Below, piece after piece: positions 1 to 8,042 of a stretch of DNA of 64,000 bases. Below the pieces are notes generated by a model. It made no database searches and had not been told where the DNA came from. It worked only from the letters and a program-made list of their open reading frames with translations. Origin of the DNA: Bacillota bacterium (lineage in GTDB: Bacteria; Bacillota; Clostridia; Christensenellales; CAG-138); NCBI GenBank assembly GCA_023455425.1, contig JAEYCM010000013.1:1-64000 (forward strand), in the 5' to 3' direction. Both the position numbers and the translations under genes were made by a program. The stretch's first letter is position 1; the number at the start of each line of letters is the position of its first letter.

Positions 1-851
1 GAACAAACTCCGAACGTCTCACCAAGCTCAAGAACGACCCGAACTCCGATGTGGACGTGATTTACCTTGCCCAGCAGTACGCGCAGGATGGCTTTGACGC
101 AGGCCTGTTCGACGAATTTGATTATTCCCGCGTGCCGAACGCGGAATTCCTGCTGGAAAAGGCCTCCGTCTTTAAGGACACCAAGCAGGGCCCGCCCACT
201 ACGATGAACCGCCTGGGTATCATCTACAACGCGGATGAAGTGGAGATCACCTCTTTTGCGGATCTGTGGGATGCAAAGCTTGCCAACGCCATTGCAATTC
301 CCGATATCGCGACGACGTTTGGCCCCGCCACCGTTACCATTGCCGCAAAATATGCAGGCGTGGATTATGCGACGGATAATGGCGAAGCAGCCTTCAAAGC
401 GCTTGAAGCGCTTAAGCCCAACATCGTAAAAACGTACTCCAAGTCTTCCGATTTGAAGAATATGTTTGCTTCCGGCGAAATCAAGGTTGCGCTTGCGGCG
501 GAATTCGCCTACAACACAATGGGCGACGATACCACGGCCAACCTCGTGTTCCTTGACCCGGCTGAAGGCGCGTACCTCAACTTCAATACGATCAACATCG
601 TGAAGACCTCCGATCAAAAGGATCTCGCGTACCTGTTCGTAGATCATGTTCTCTCTGCGGAAAGCCAGCTGGCAGGCGCCATCAACGTTCCCGAGTCCAC
701 GGTAAACACGCAGGTAGAACTTACCGAAGATGTTGCAGCCAAGCTTACCAGCATTGAAATTGCCGATAAATCCAATGTTGTGGATTTCAAAGTGGTAAAC
801 GCACAGCTTGCCGCCTGGGTAGACCTGTGGAACCGCACGCTCAACTCCTAA
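1..851 (+). CDS. ABC transporter substrate-binding protein, PotD/PotF-like (family 1 solute-binding protein); 5' end lies outside the window
   Basis: The frame is open from base 3 with no upstream stop, so the gene starts before the window. The translated C-terminal ~280 aa resemble polyamine/iron-type periplasmic binding proteins. The stop is at 849-851. Confidence 0.55.
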   Translation, partial: TNSERLTKLKNDPNSDVDVIYLAQQYAQDGFDAGLFDEFDYSRVPNAEFLLEKASVFKDTKQGPPTTMNRLGIIYNADEVEITSFADLWDAKLANAIAIPDIATTFGPATVTIAAKYAGVDYATDNGEAAFKALEALKPNIVKTYSKSSDLKNMFASGEIKVALAAEFAYNTMGDDTTANLVFLDPAEGAYLNFNTINIVKTSDQKDLAYLFVDHVLSAESQLAGAINVPESTVNTQVELTEDVAAKLTSIEIADKSNVVDFKVVNAQLAAWVDLWNRTLNS

Positions 852-941
852 CCGCGGCCGGCCGCGAATTTTAAACGCAACAGCACTGCGGGCCGGTATC
901 AACCGGCCCGCATGCTGACCTGTATTCGGGGGTAATTTTTC

Positions 942-2270
942 TTGTCTGATCTTCTTTTACGCAACGCAATCGTGCTCACAATGGATGAGCAGGATACCGT
1001 GATCCAAGATGGTTTTGTTTTCGTGCGAGGCGGCAAAATCGAGGCGGTTGGCCCTTCCGGCCAGGCGCCTGAAAACACAAGCGGGCTTCAAGTGCTCGAT
1101 TGCCGCGGCAAAATCGTGATGCCTGGTTTTATCAATACGCATTCGCACCTGCCGATGATCGTCTTCCGCACGCTTGGAGACGATATTCCGGACAGGCTCA
1201 ACCGCTACCTGTTTCCGTTGGAAAACCGGGCGATGAACCGCGAAATGGCCGTTGCAGGAGCAAACTATGCCTTTGCGGAACTGCTGCGCGGCGGGGTCAC
1301 CACCGTCTTTGACAGCTATTATTTTGAAAATGAAATTGCGATGGCCGCGGAAGCCAGTGGGATCCGGGCTGTTTTATCCGAAACCGTCATGTGCCGCCCT
1401 GCGCCGGATGCAAAGGAGCCATATGGTGGAATAGCGCATACGCGTGAACTGATTGCAAATTGGAAAGGGCATCCGCGCGTCAGGCCCGCGGTCAATTGCC
1501 ATGCGCCATATACAAACGACGCGGCACATTTGCGAGAATGCCACAAAATCGCGCGTGAAAATAACCTTGTGATGTCCATGCATGTATCCGAAATGGATTA
1601 TGAGCAGGAGGAATGGCGCACAAAATATGGTACAACGCCGTTTGCCTGGCTGGACAGCCTTGGCGTCTTGGACGAGCATTTTCTCGCGGCGCACGCCATA
1701 CATGCAAACGACGCGGATATTGAAATCCTGGCCAAGCGCGGGGTGAAAATATCCCACAATGCAGGCTCCAACTCCAAAAGCGCCAAGGGAGTTGCGCCTG
1801 TACGCAGCATGCAGCAAAAAGGCGTTGTTGTCAGCCTGGGCAGCGACGGGGCAATGAGCGGAAACACGCTGGATATCATCACGCAACTGCCGCAGGTCGC
1901 AAAGCTGCAAAAACTCTATTTGCAAGACCGCGCGGCGTATCCCGCGCGCGAAGTGCTGCGGATGGCCACCATCAACGGCGCAAAGGCGCTGGGGCTTTCT
2001 GACATTACCGGTTCGCTCGAGCCGGGCAAGCAGGCGGATATTGTTATCCTTGAAACCGACAGCGTCAATATGCAGCCCATCTACGATGCGTATTCCACCA
2101 TCGTTTACAGCGCAAATCCCTCCAACGTGGAAACAACGATTGTTGACGGCAGGATTTTGATGCACAAAGGCGCATTTTTTACGCTGGATTTTGCCCATAT
2201 TAAGCAGGAGCTGCTTTCTTATCAGGAAGCGATACGTAAAATTCTTCCGGAACTGGATCAGTCGCTTTGA
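942..2270 (+). CDS. Amidohydrolase-family chlorohydrolase/deaminase (MtaD/SAH-deaminase-like)
   Basis: 442 aa with a TTG start. It carries the metal-binding HxH motif (FINTHSHLPM) and later conserved H/D residues typical of the Amidohydro_1 / ATZ-TRZ / MtaD family. Confidence 0.75.
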   Translation: MSDLLLRNAIVLTMDEQDTVIQDGFVFVRGGKIEAVGPSGQAPENTSGLQVLDCRGKIVMPGFINTHSHLPMIVFRTLGDDIPDRLNRYLFPLENRAMNREMAVAGANYAFAELLRGGVTTVFDSYYFENEIAMAAEASGIRAVLSETVMCRPAPDAKEPYGGIAHTRELIANWKGHPRVRPAVNCHAPYTNDAAHLRECHKIARENNLVMSMHVSEMDYEQEEWRTKYGTTPFAWLDSLGVLDEHFLAAHAIHANDADIEILAKRGVKISHNAGSNSKSAKGVAPVRSMQQKGVVVSLGSDGAMSGNTLDIITQLPQVAKLQKLYLQDRAAYPAREVLRMATINGAKALGLSDITGSLEPGKQADIVILETDSVNMQPIYDAYSTIVYSANPSNVETTIVDGRILMHKGAFFTLDFAHIKQELLSYQEAIRKILPELDQSL

Positions 2271-2328
2271 ATAATAAGATTCATGATTATCGTGCTTGAG
2301 CGATTGCAAGATATAATTTTGAAACAAT

Positions 2329-2365
2329 GCGTCCTGCCGGTTTTTTAGGCAGGACGCGCTTTTAT
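2329..2365. terminator. Bidirectional rho-independent terminator between convergent genes
   Basis: GCGTCCTGCC / GGCAGGACGC 10-bp stem with a T-rich loop, flanked by A/T runs. It sits exactly between the stop codons of the two convergent genes. Confidence 0.7.
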
Positions 2366-3345
2366 AGGATCTCCCTTACCGCCGCTTCAATCCTCTCCAC
2401 ACCGGGAAGCGCGCGCTTTTCCAGTTCGGGGTTAAAGGGGACGGGGCAGAACATGCCGCCCACCCGCTTGATGGGCGCGCGCAGGTGATGGAACGCATCG
2501 CTGCCCGCGATGGTGCTCACAATCTCGCCGCCAAAGCCGCCGAACTCCACGGCTTCGTGTACCACGACCACCTTCCCCGTCTTTTTCGCCGTGTCGATCA
2601 CCGCCCCTGTATCGAGCGGGGAAAGGGTGCGAAGGTCCAGCACCTCAATCTCCTTGCCTGTTTCGGCCTTAATCTTTTCCGCCACTTCGAGCGCCATCAA
2701 CACCTGACGGCCATATGTGATGATGGAAAGGTCGCGCCCTTCGCGTTTGACTTTAGCCACACCCAAAGGAATGGTATATTCTTCTTCCGGCACCATGCCC
2801 GTGGTGCGGTATAGGAGCTTGGGTTCCATAAAAACGCAGCAGTTGTCGTCCCGTATGGCGGATTTTAAAAGTCCTTTCGCGTCATACGGGGTGGAGGGCA
2901 CGATCACTTTCAGGCCCGGCACGTGGCAGCACATCTGCTCGAGCGACTGGCTGTGCTGCGCCGCGGCGCCCGTGCCGCCGCCGTGCGCAGTACGGATGAC
3001 AAGCGGCATTTTGACCTTTGGGCCAAACATATAGCGCATCTTTGCGGCCTGGTTAATGATCTGGTCATAACAGACCGCCAAAAAATCCGAAAACATCAGT
3101 TCCACAATGGGACGCATGCCGGTGATGGCGGCGCCTACGCCCGCGCCGATAAAGGCGGTTTCGGAAATGGGGGTATTCATCACCCGCTCGGGGCCGAATT
3201 CCTGTACCATTCCCTTGGATACCTGAAACGTGCCGCCATATACACCGATATCCTCCCCCATGAAGAAGACGTTCTCATCCCGGCGCATTTCCTCGCTCAT
3301 CGCCTCGTTCAGGGCGGCAGCGTAGGTGATTTCTCTCATAGCCAT
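2362..3345 (-). CDS. TPP-dependent 2-oxoacid/acetoin dehydrogenase E1 component, beta subunit
   Basis: 327 aa starting at MAMREITY with an upstream GGAGGA RBS. The 422-aa ORF in the track is an N-terminal over-extension. The protein has transketolase-like pyrimidine-binding and C-terminal domains, as in PdhB/AcoB. Confidence 0.8.
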   Translation of the reverse strand: MAMREITYAAALNEAMSEEMRRDENVFFMGEDIGVYGGTFQVSKGMVQEFGPERVMNTPISETAFIGAGVGAAITGMRPIVELMFSDFLAVCYDQIINQAAKMRYMFGPKVKMPLVIRTAHGGGTGAAAQHSQSLEQMCCHVPGLKVIVPSTPYDAKGLLKSAIRDDNCCVFMEPKLLYRTTGMVPEEEYTIPLGVAKVKREGRDLSIITYGRQVLMALEVAEKIKAETGKEIEVLDLRTLSPLDTGAVIDTAKKTGKVVVVHEAVEFGGFGGEIVSTIAGSDAFHHLRAPIKRVGGMFCPVPFNPELEKRALPGVERIEAAVREIL

Positions 3346-3364
3346 CTTATGTCCTCCCGCCCCG

Positions 3365-4384
3365 CTATTCCGCATACACGCAGTCGAGCACATCATCAGG
3401 GTCCGGCGAGGGGCTTGATAGCGCAAACTGCACGGCAGCCTCGATCTGACCGGCGGTCTTTTGATCCATCTCATCAATTTGGTCTTTTGTAAAGACCTTA
3501 TTTTCAATGAGATAGTTTTTAAAGCGGAGGATGGGGTTGCGTTCCTTCCACCAGTTGATTTCCTCCCCGCTCCGGTAAAGGTTCTGGTCGCTTTTGGAGT
3601 GCCCCGCGGTGCGGTAGGTATGCTCCACAATCAGCATGGGACCGTTTTTGAGGGCATACTCCCTTGCTTTCTTTACGGTATCGTAGACTTCCAGCACGTT
3701 GTTGCCGTCGCAGTCCACGGCCTTCATTCCGTAGCCCGCGGCGCGTTTAGAGAGATCGGTTTCCTTTGTGGCCCTTTCAATCGACGTGGACATGCCGTAG
3801 GTGTTGTTGAGCATGACGAACAGCAGCGGCAGGTTCCAGGCGGCGGCGAGATTCATGGATTCGTGAATCGCGCCCTGGTTGGAAGCGCCGTCCCCAAAAT
3901 ATACGACGCACACACGGTCAAGCCCTTTCTTTTTTGCGGTGAGAGCCGCGCCGCAGCCGATGGGACCGTTCGCTCCCAAAATGCCGTTTGCCCCGAGCAC
4001 GCCCTTATCAAAATCGCAGATATGCATGGATCCGCCGCGCCCGCGGTTGAGGCCGGTCTCCTTGGCGAGGATCTCCGCCATCATATGGTTCACGTCGCAC
4101 CCCTTGCCGATGGCTTCGCCATGGCCGCGGTGAGTGGCAAGCATGTAATCGTCCGCATGCAGCGCATAGCCGGTGCCGATTCCCGTGGCTTCCTGCCCGA
4201 TGCTAAGGTGCGCTGTCCCGTGGAGCATGCCTTTCTGGAAAAGTTCAAACACCTTTTCCTCAAATTTTCTGACTACCATCATGCCTTCCATCAGGCGGCA
4301 GAGTAGGTCTTTATCGTTCCTGTAGCAGTCTTCCGGACTGGTGCAGGTAAACGTATCAAGCCTGGGATTTATCAAAGCAACCAC
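3365..4384 (-). CDS. TPP-dependent 2-oxoacid/acetoin dehydrogenase E1 component, alpha subunit
   Basis: 339 aa with a TPP-binding GDG...N motif (YFGDGASNQG ... NN). It lies immediately upstream of, and co-oriented with, the beta subunit. Confidence 0.8.
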   Translation of the reverse strand: MVALINPRLDTFTCTSPEDCYRNDKDLLCRLMEGMMVVRKFEEKVFELFQKGMLHGTAHLSIGQEATGIGTGYALHADDYMLATHRGHGEAIGKGCDVNHMMAEILAKETGLNRGRGGSMHICDFDKGVLGANGILGANGPIGCGAALTAKKKGLDRVCVVYFGDGASNQGAIHESMNLAAAWNLPLLFVMLNNTYGMSTSIERATKETDLSKRAAGYGMKAVDCDGNNVLEVYDTVKKAREYALKNGPMLIVEHTYRTAGHSKSDQNLYRSGEEINWWKERNPILRFKNYLIENKVFTKDQIDEMDQKTAGQIEAAVQFALSSPSPDPDDVLDCVYAE

Positions 4385-4654
4385 CCCTTTTTAGTCCTGA
4401 AGCGCACAAAAGCGAGCTGTATGTTCCCATGCGCCCCGGCAGCTATGCGCCCTATTGTTATTGTAACCAAAGCCAGCCTGATTTGAAGATAAATGGGTAA
4501 AAGTTCAGAAAAAAATCACACTGTGCTGCAACATATCCCTTAGGCCGGAAACCTGCAACAAGCCGCGCCGCCTATAAAAAGCCGGCCGCAAGACCAATCA
4601 ACATCCGATGGTACTTACGGCCGGCACAGCGGCAGTCTTTACGCTACATGCGTC

Positions 4655-6376
4655 TTATAAAAGCCCGGAAAGCTCGCTTCTAAGGTACACTTTCACTTCG
4701 TCCGCGGTGGGTAGCGCCTTGACCGTATTGGCCAGCTCTTCCGCCTTTTGCACCGTCAGGCCAGCCAACAGCTTTTTGATGGGCGCGACCGAAGCGAGGC
4801 CCATGCTCAACTTGCGCATGCCAAGGCCCACCAACACGACGGCCGCAAGCGGGTCCCCACCCATTTCGCCGCATACGCCCACGGGCTTGTTGAGGCGCTT
4901 GAACTGCTCCACCACATAGCCGATCAATCGGAACATTGCCGGGTGATAGCTCTGGTAATAGTCCACCAGCGCGGGATTCATGCGGTCCACCGCCGTCATG
5001 TACTGGCAGAGGTCGTTGGAACCGATGGAAGCGAAATCCACCTCCTGCGCCGCAAGGTCCGCAATGAGCGCGATGGAGGGGATCTCCACCATGATGCCAA
5101 GCTTGTAGGCCGTACTGAACGGAATTCCCTCTTTGGTAAGCTCCGCCTTGGCTTCCTCGATCATTGCTTTGGCGCGGCGGATATCGTCCAAACTCGCCAC
5201 CATGGGCAGCATAATCCACAAATTGCCGTGCACGGAAGCGCGAAGCGCCGCGCGAAGCTGGGTGCGGAACAGTTCGGGATGCGTAAAGCAAAGGCGCAGG
5301 GCGCGGTTGCCTAAAAACGGGTTTTCTTCCTTGGGGAGCGGCATACTTTTTAACTGCTTGTCCCCGCCGATATCGAGCGTGCGGAGGATCACGGGGCGGT
5401 CCCCGTAGGTTTCAAGCACCCTGCGGTAGGTCGTATACTGCTCTTCCTCAGTGGGAAGCTGCGCGCGGCCCATGTAAAGAAATTCCGTACGGAACAGACC
5501 TACGCCGTCGGTATAACGGCTGCCGTCAAGCTCCTCTTTCCCGGCAGACCCAATGTTCAACTGGACGTCCACGCGCACGCCGTCGGCGGTCAGGGGCTGG
5601 GCGTCCAAAAATTTCTTGGTCTCGGCTACTTTTCCGCGGTAGGCTTCCAGCTTCTTTGTATATTCAGCGAGTTCCTCAGGCGAGGGGTCCACAATGACGA
5701 CACCCTGCAGCGCGTCCACAATGACGGTTCCGCCCTGCCTGAGGCAGGCAAGCACATTGGGAATGCCCAGCACGGCGGGAATTTCATAGCTGCGTGCAAT
5801 GATGGCGGAATGCGAGGTGGGGCCGCCCACTTCCGTGAGGATGGCAAGCACCTTTTTGCGGTTGAGCGTGGCGGTATCCGAGGGGAACAGATCCTCCGCT
5901 ACGACGATGGCGTCTCGCTCCAGCGTAGCAAGGTTCTTTTCCTCCACGCCCGCCCAGCAGCGAAGCAAGCGGCTGCGCACATCCCGAAGGTCCGCCGCGC
6001 GTTCGCGGATAAGTTCGTCCTCCAGATTTTCAAATATCTCAATGTAACGGTCATAAACCTTCAAAATCGCATAATCGGCGGAAGAAAGCTCGTTGGTCAC
6101 CATGTCTACGATTTCTTCATCCAGGGTGACGTCGGTCAGTATGGCCTGATGCGCTACGAATATGGCCGCCTTATCCGGGTCGTCCTGCTGCAGGCGGGAA
6201 ACGATATGCTCAAGTTCCATTTCCACAGCCTGTTTCGCCCCATGGTATTTTTGGATGTTCGCTTCCACCTCGTCCTGCGCAATGCTGTCCTGGCGGATAT
6301 CCGGCACAAAGGGTTGAAAAAGATACACTTCGCCAATCGCAATACCCGGGGAAGCCGGGTTTCCTTTTATCACCAT
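4655..6376 (-). CDS. ptsI: Phosphoenolpyruvate-protein phosphotransferase (PTS enzyme I)
   Basis: 573 aa. It has the N-terminal His domain (ASPGIAIG), the PEP-utilising domain and the IGSNDLCQY motif characteristic of EI. Confidence 0.85.
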   Translation of the reverse strand: MVIKGNPASPGIAIGEVYLFQPFVPDIRQDSIAQDEVEANIQKYHGAKQAVEMELEHIVSRLQQDDPDKAAIFVAHQAILTDVTLDEEIVDMVTNELSSADYAILKVYDRYIEIFENLEDELIRERAADLRDVRSRLLRCWAGVEEKNLATLERDAIVVAEDLFPSDTATLNRKKVLAILTEVGGPTSHSAIIARSYEIPAVLGIPNVLACLRQGGTVIVDALQGVVIVDPSPEELAEYTKKLEAYRGKVAETKKFLDAQPLTADGVRVDVQLNIGSAGKEELDGSRYTDGVGLFRTEFLYMGRAQLPTEEEQYTTYRRVLETYGDRPVILRTLDIGGDKQLKSMPLPKEENPFLGNRALRLCFTHPELFRTQLRAALRASVHGNLWIMLPMVASLDDIRRAKAMIEEAKAELTKEGIPFSTAYKLGIMVEIPSIALIADLAAQEVDFASIGSNDLCQYMTAVDRMNPALVDYYQSYHPAMFRLIGYVVEQFKRLNKPVGVCGEMGGDPLAAVVLVGLGMRKLSMGLASVAPIKKLLAGLTVQKAEELANTVKALPTADEVKVYLRSELSGLL

Positions 6377-6529
6377 GGGGGTCCTCCGTCCTGCTATGCT
6401 TCACCGCGCCACGTCCATGTGTGCGGCGTGTTCCGCTCCCTGGGTATCCCGGGAGCCGCTTCTTTCTATTATCCGCTGCATGGAAGAGCTTGTCAAGAAA
6501 GGGCCCGTCTGTATTCCTTTGTCATATAA

Positions 6530-6570
6530 AAATTGACAAAAATAGTTCTATATAGTACTATACGGTATAG
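6530..6570 (+). promoter_or_regulatory. Putative sigma70-type promoter (TTGACA-17-TACTAT) overlapped by the 12-bp perfect palindrome TATAGTACTATA; candidate MarR autoregulatory operator
   Basis: TTGACA at 6530-6535. The perfect palindrome TATAGTACTATA at 6551-6562 overlaps a second palindrome, CTATAC-g-GTATAG at 6558-6570, directly upstream of the MarR RBS. Confidence 0.35.
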
Positions 6571-6575
6571 AAGGA

Positions 6576-7019
6576 GTGATGGCGTTGCCCACAAGGAACG
6601 GCGGATTTTTGATTTCCCAGGTAAAGCAGTTGCAGGACAGGGTCTTTGACGCTTTGTTGCGCCAATCCGGCATCCAGGATTTCAACGGCGCGCAGGGAAG
6701 AATTCTTTATGTATTATGGCAGGAGGACAACCTGCCGATTGTGGAGTTGTCCAAACGCACATCTTTGGCCAAAAACACGTTGACCGGTATGCTGGACCGC
6801 ATGGAACACAACGGTTTTCTGATGCGCGCCTATGATGAAACCGACCGGCGGATGATTCGCATCCTGTTGACCCAAAAGGCCAGAGAGCTCAGCACAAAGT
6901 ACTTAGAAGTGTCGAAGAAGATGACCGCACTGTTTTACAAGGGGTTTACGGAAGCGGAAATGGAAGCGTTTGAGCATTCGCTTGCGCGCATCCTCCAGAA
7001 CATGAAGGATACGCTCTGA
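6576..7019 (+). CDS. MarR-family transcriptional regulator
   Basis: 147 aa with a winged helix-turn-helix of MarR type. The start is ambiguous: GTG at 6576, ATG at 6579 or TTG at 6585; the AAGGAG RBS at 6571-6576 favours TTG at 6585. Confidence 0.8.
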   Translation: MMALPTRNGGFLISQVKQLQDRVFDALLRQSGIQDFNGAQGRILYVLWQEDNLPIVELSKRTSLAKNTLTGMLDRMEHNGFLMRAYDETDRRMIRILLTQKARELSTKYLEVSKKMTALFYKGFTEAEMEAFEHSLARILQNMKDTL

Positions 7020-7061
7020 TATTTTGGCTCACAACGCTTATTAAGACGGGAGGATAATTTT

Positions 7062-7688
7062 ATGGAGTTTTACACGGCCGTTGCGCAGAGAAGGACCATC
7101 CGCGACCTGCAGGACAAGGAGATACCAACGGAAATTCTACACAGGATACTGGACGCGGGTTTAAAAGCCCCTACCAACGACCACCTGCGTAATTGGGAGT
7201 TTGTCGTCATGACCGACCCTGCGGAAAAAGCAAAGATTATTCAAAAAATACCCAAGTCGTTTTCCAAAGGCCAGGTCCAGGAGTTTCTCGATAGTTGCAA
7301 CATGAGCGACCCAGTCCAGCGGGCCATGTATATGCAGGGCGTGCCCAAGCAATATACCATGCTGTATCATTCCGGCTGCCTGGTGCTGCCTTTTTTCCGG
7401 CAGGAAAGCCCGCTGCTAAAGCCGAAATCGATCAATGATCTCAACGGCTTTGCCTCCATTTGGTGCTGCATTGAGAACATATTCTTGGCCGCCACAGCGG
7501 AAGGCCTGGCGACCGCGTTTCGCATTCCCTTCCCTGCCGAAGTGAAGTACCTCAAAGAAGCTGTCGGCCATCCGGACAACTATGTGATGCCCTGCTACAT
7601 TGCCATCGGCTATCCAAAAGAGGATGCGGACAATACCATCCAGTACGAATACTGCGCCGCGGATAAGATCCGCATGAACCGGTGGTAA
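7062..7688 (+). CDS. Nitroreductase-family protein
   Basis: 208 aa with the nitroreductase fold signature (RRTIRDL ... FMN-binding region). It is co-oriented with the MarR gene and 42 nt downstream of it. Confidence 0.8.
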   Translation: MEFYTAVAQRRTIRDLQDKEIPTEILHRILDAGLKAPTNDHLRNWEFVVMTDPAEKAKIIQKIPKSFSKGQVQEFLDSCNMSDPVQRAMYMQGVPKQYTMLYHSGCLVLPFFRQESPLLKPKSINDLNGFASIWCCIENIFLAATAEGLATAFRIPFPAEVKYLKEAVGHPDNYVMPCYIAIGYPKEDADNTIQYEYCAADKIRMNRW

Positions 7689-7922
7689 CCCATAATCTCC
7701 AGCCAATACAGTTCATTATAAAAGCAGGTTCATGTGGGTATTTCCAAAATGGCTATAGGAAAAGTCATATGGGCAATCGTGGGTAATCGGTTATATTGAT
7801 GGCACGGCGAGCTCTCAATAAGAATGAGGGTATTGGTTTTCGCATGTGCGGCAGAATGAAAGCGGGAACTGCGTTTTTTCAGGCCGCACCTTAGCGCGAC
7901 GGCCTTTTTATGCCGAACGAAT

Positions 7923-7951
7923 TTTACATTTTGGGGATGATAGTATAAAAT
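7923..7951 (+). promoter_or_regulatory. Putative sigma70 promoter TTTACA-17-TAAAAT for the DUF1538 gene
   Basis: -35 TTTACA at 7923-7928, a 17-nt spacer, and -10 TAAAAT at 7946-7951. Confidence 0.35.
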
Positions 7952-7994
7952 AACGAAAGATGGATGAATGTAACGCATGGAAGGAGGTCGATTC

Positions 7995-8021
7995 ATGCAA
8001 AAAGCAAATGGACGATCGTAA
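7995..8021 (+). promoter_or_regulatory. 8-codon upstream ORF (MQKANGRS) with its own AAGGAGG RBS; a near-duplicate of the main gene's translation initiation region
   Basis: gaAGGAGGTcGATTcATGCAaAAAG at 7979-8003 versus gaGAGGAGGTTGATTGATGCAGAAAG at 8027-8051. The short ORF ends with TAA 22 nt before the main ATG. Confidence 0.25.
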
Positions 8022-8042
8022 CGTGTGAGAGGAGGTTGATTG

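Noticed and set aside
1374-2327. 317-aa ORF on the minus strand opposite the amidohydrolase gene, plus similar long antisense ORFs at 3461-4306, 15468-16265, 17942-18712, 23284-24666, 27768-28706, 41121-41969, 44206-45294, 45624-46571, 50246-51043, 50958-51734 and 55795-56301.
   Set aside because: They are typical shadow ORFs of a high-GC genome. Each lies entirely inside a confidently assigned gene on the other strand, has Arg/Ala/Gly/Pro-rich low-complexity translations, and has no RBS or homology signal.
2362-3630. 95-codon N-terminal extension of the E1 beta ORF, and similar upstream extensions of ORFs at 20115, 20732, 25609, 26837, 27645, 31521, 32603-33289, 38638, 42554, 45792, 48420, 50228, 56997 and 58424.
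   Set aside because: These are in-frame read-through of upstream non-coding or overlapping sequence. In each case a conserved family N-terminus with a properly spaced Shine-Dalgarno motif is found at the internal start reported in the features.
4385-4654. Long-loop hairpin GCCGGCC...GGCCGGC with a T-run downstream of ptsI as a terminator.
   Set aside because: The stem is only 7 bp with a ~30-nt loop. It could terminate transcription, but the evidence is weak, so it is not listed as a feature.
7861-7905. Possible terminator after the nitroreductase gene (GCAG...CTGC followed by GTTTTTTC; GGCCG...CGGCC followed by TTTTTA).
   Set aside because: The stems are only 4-5 bp. Termination here is plausible from the T-runs but is not well supported structurally.
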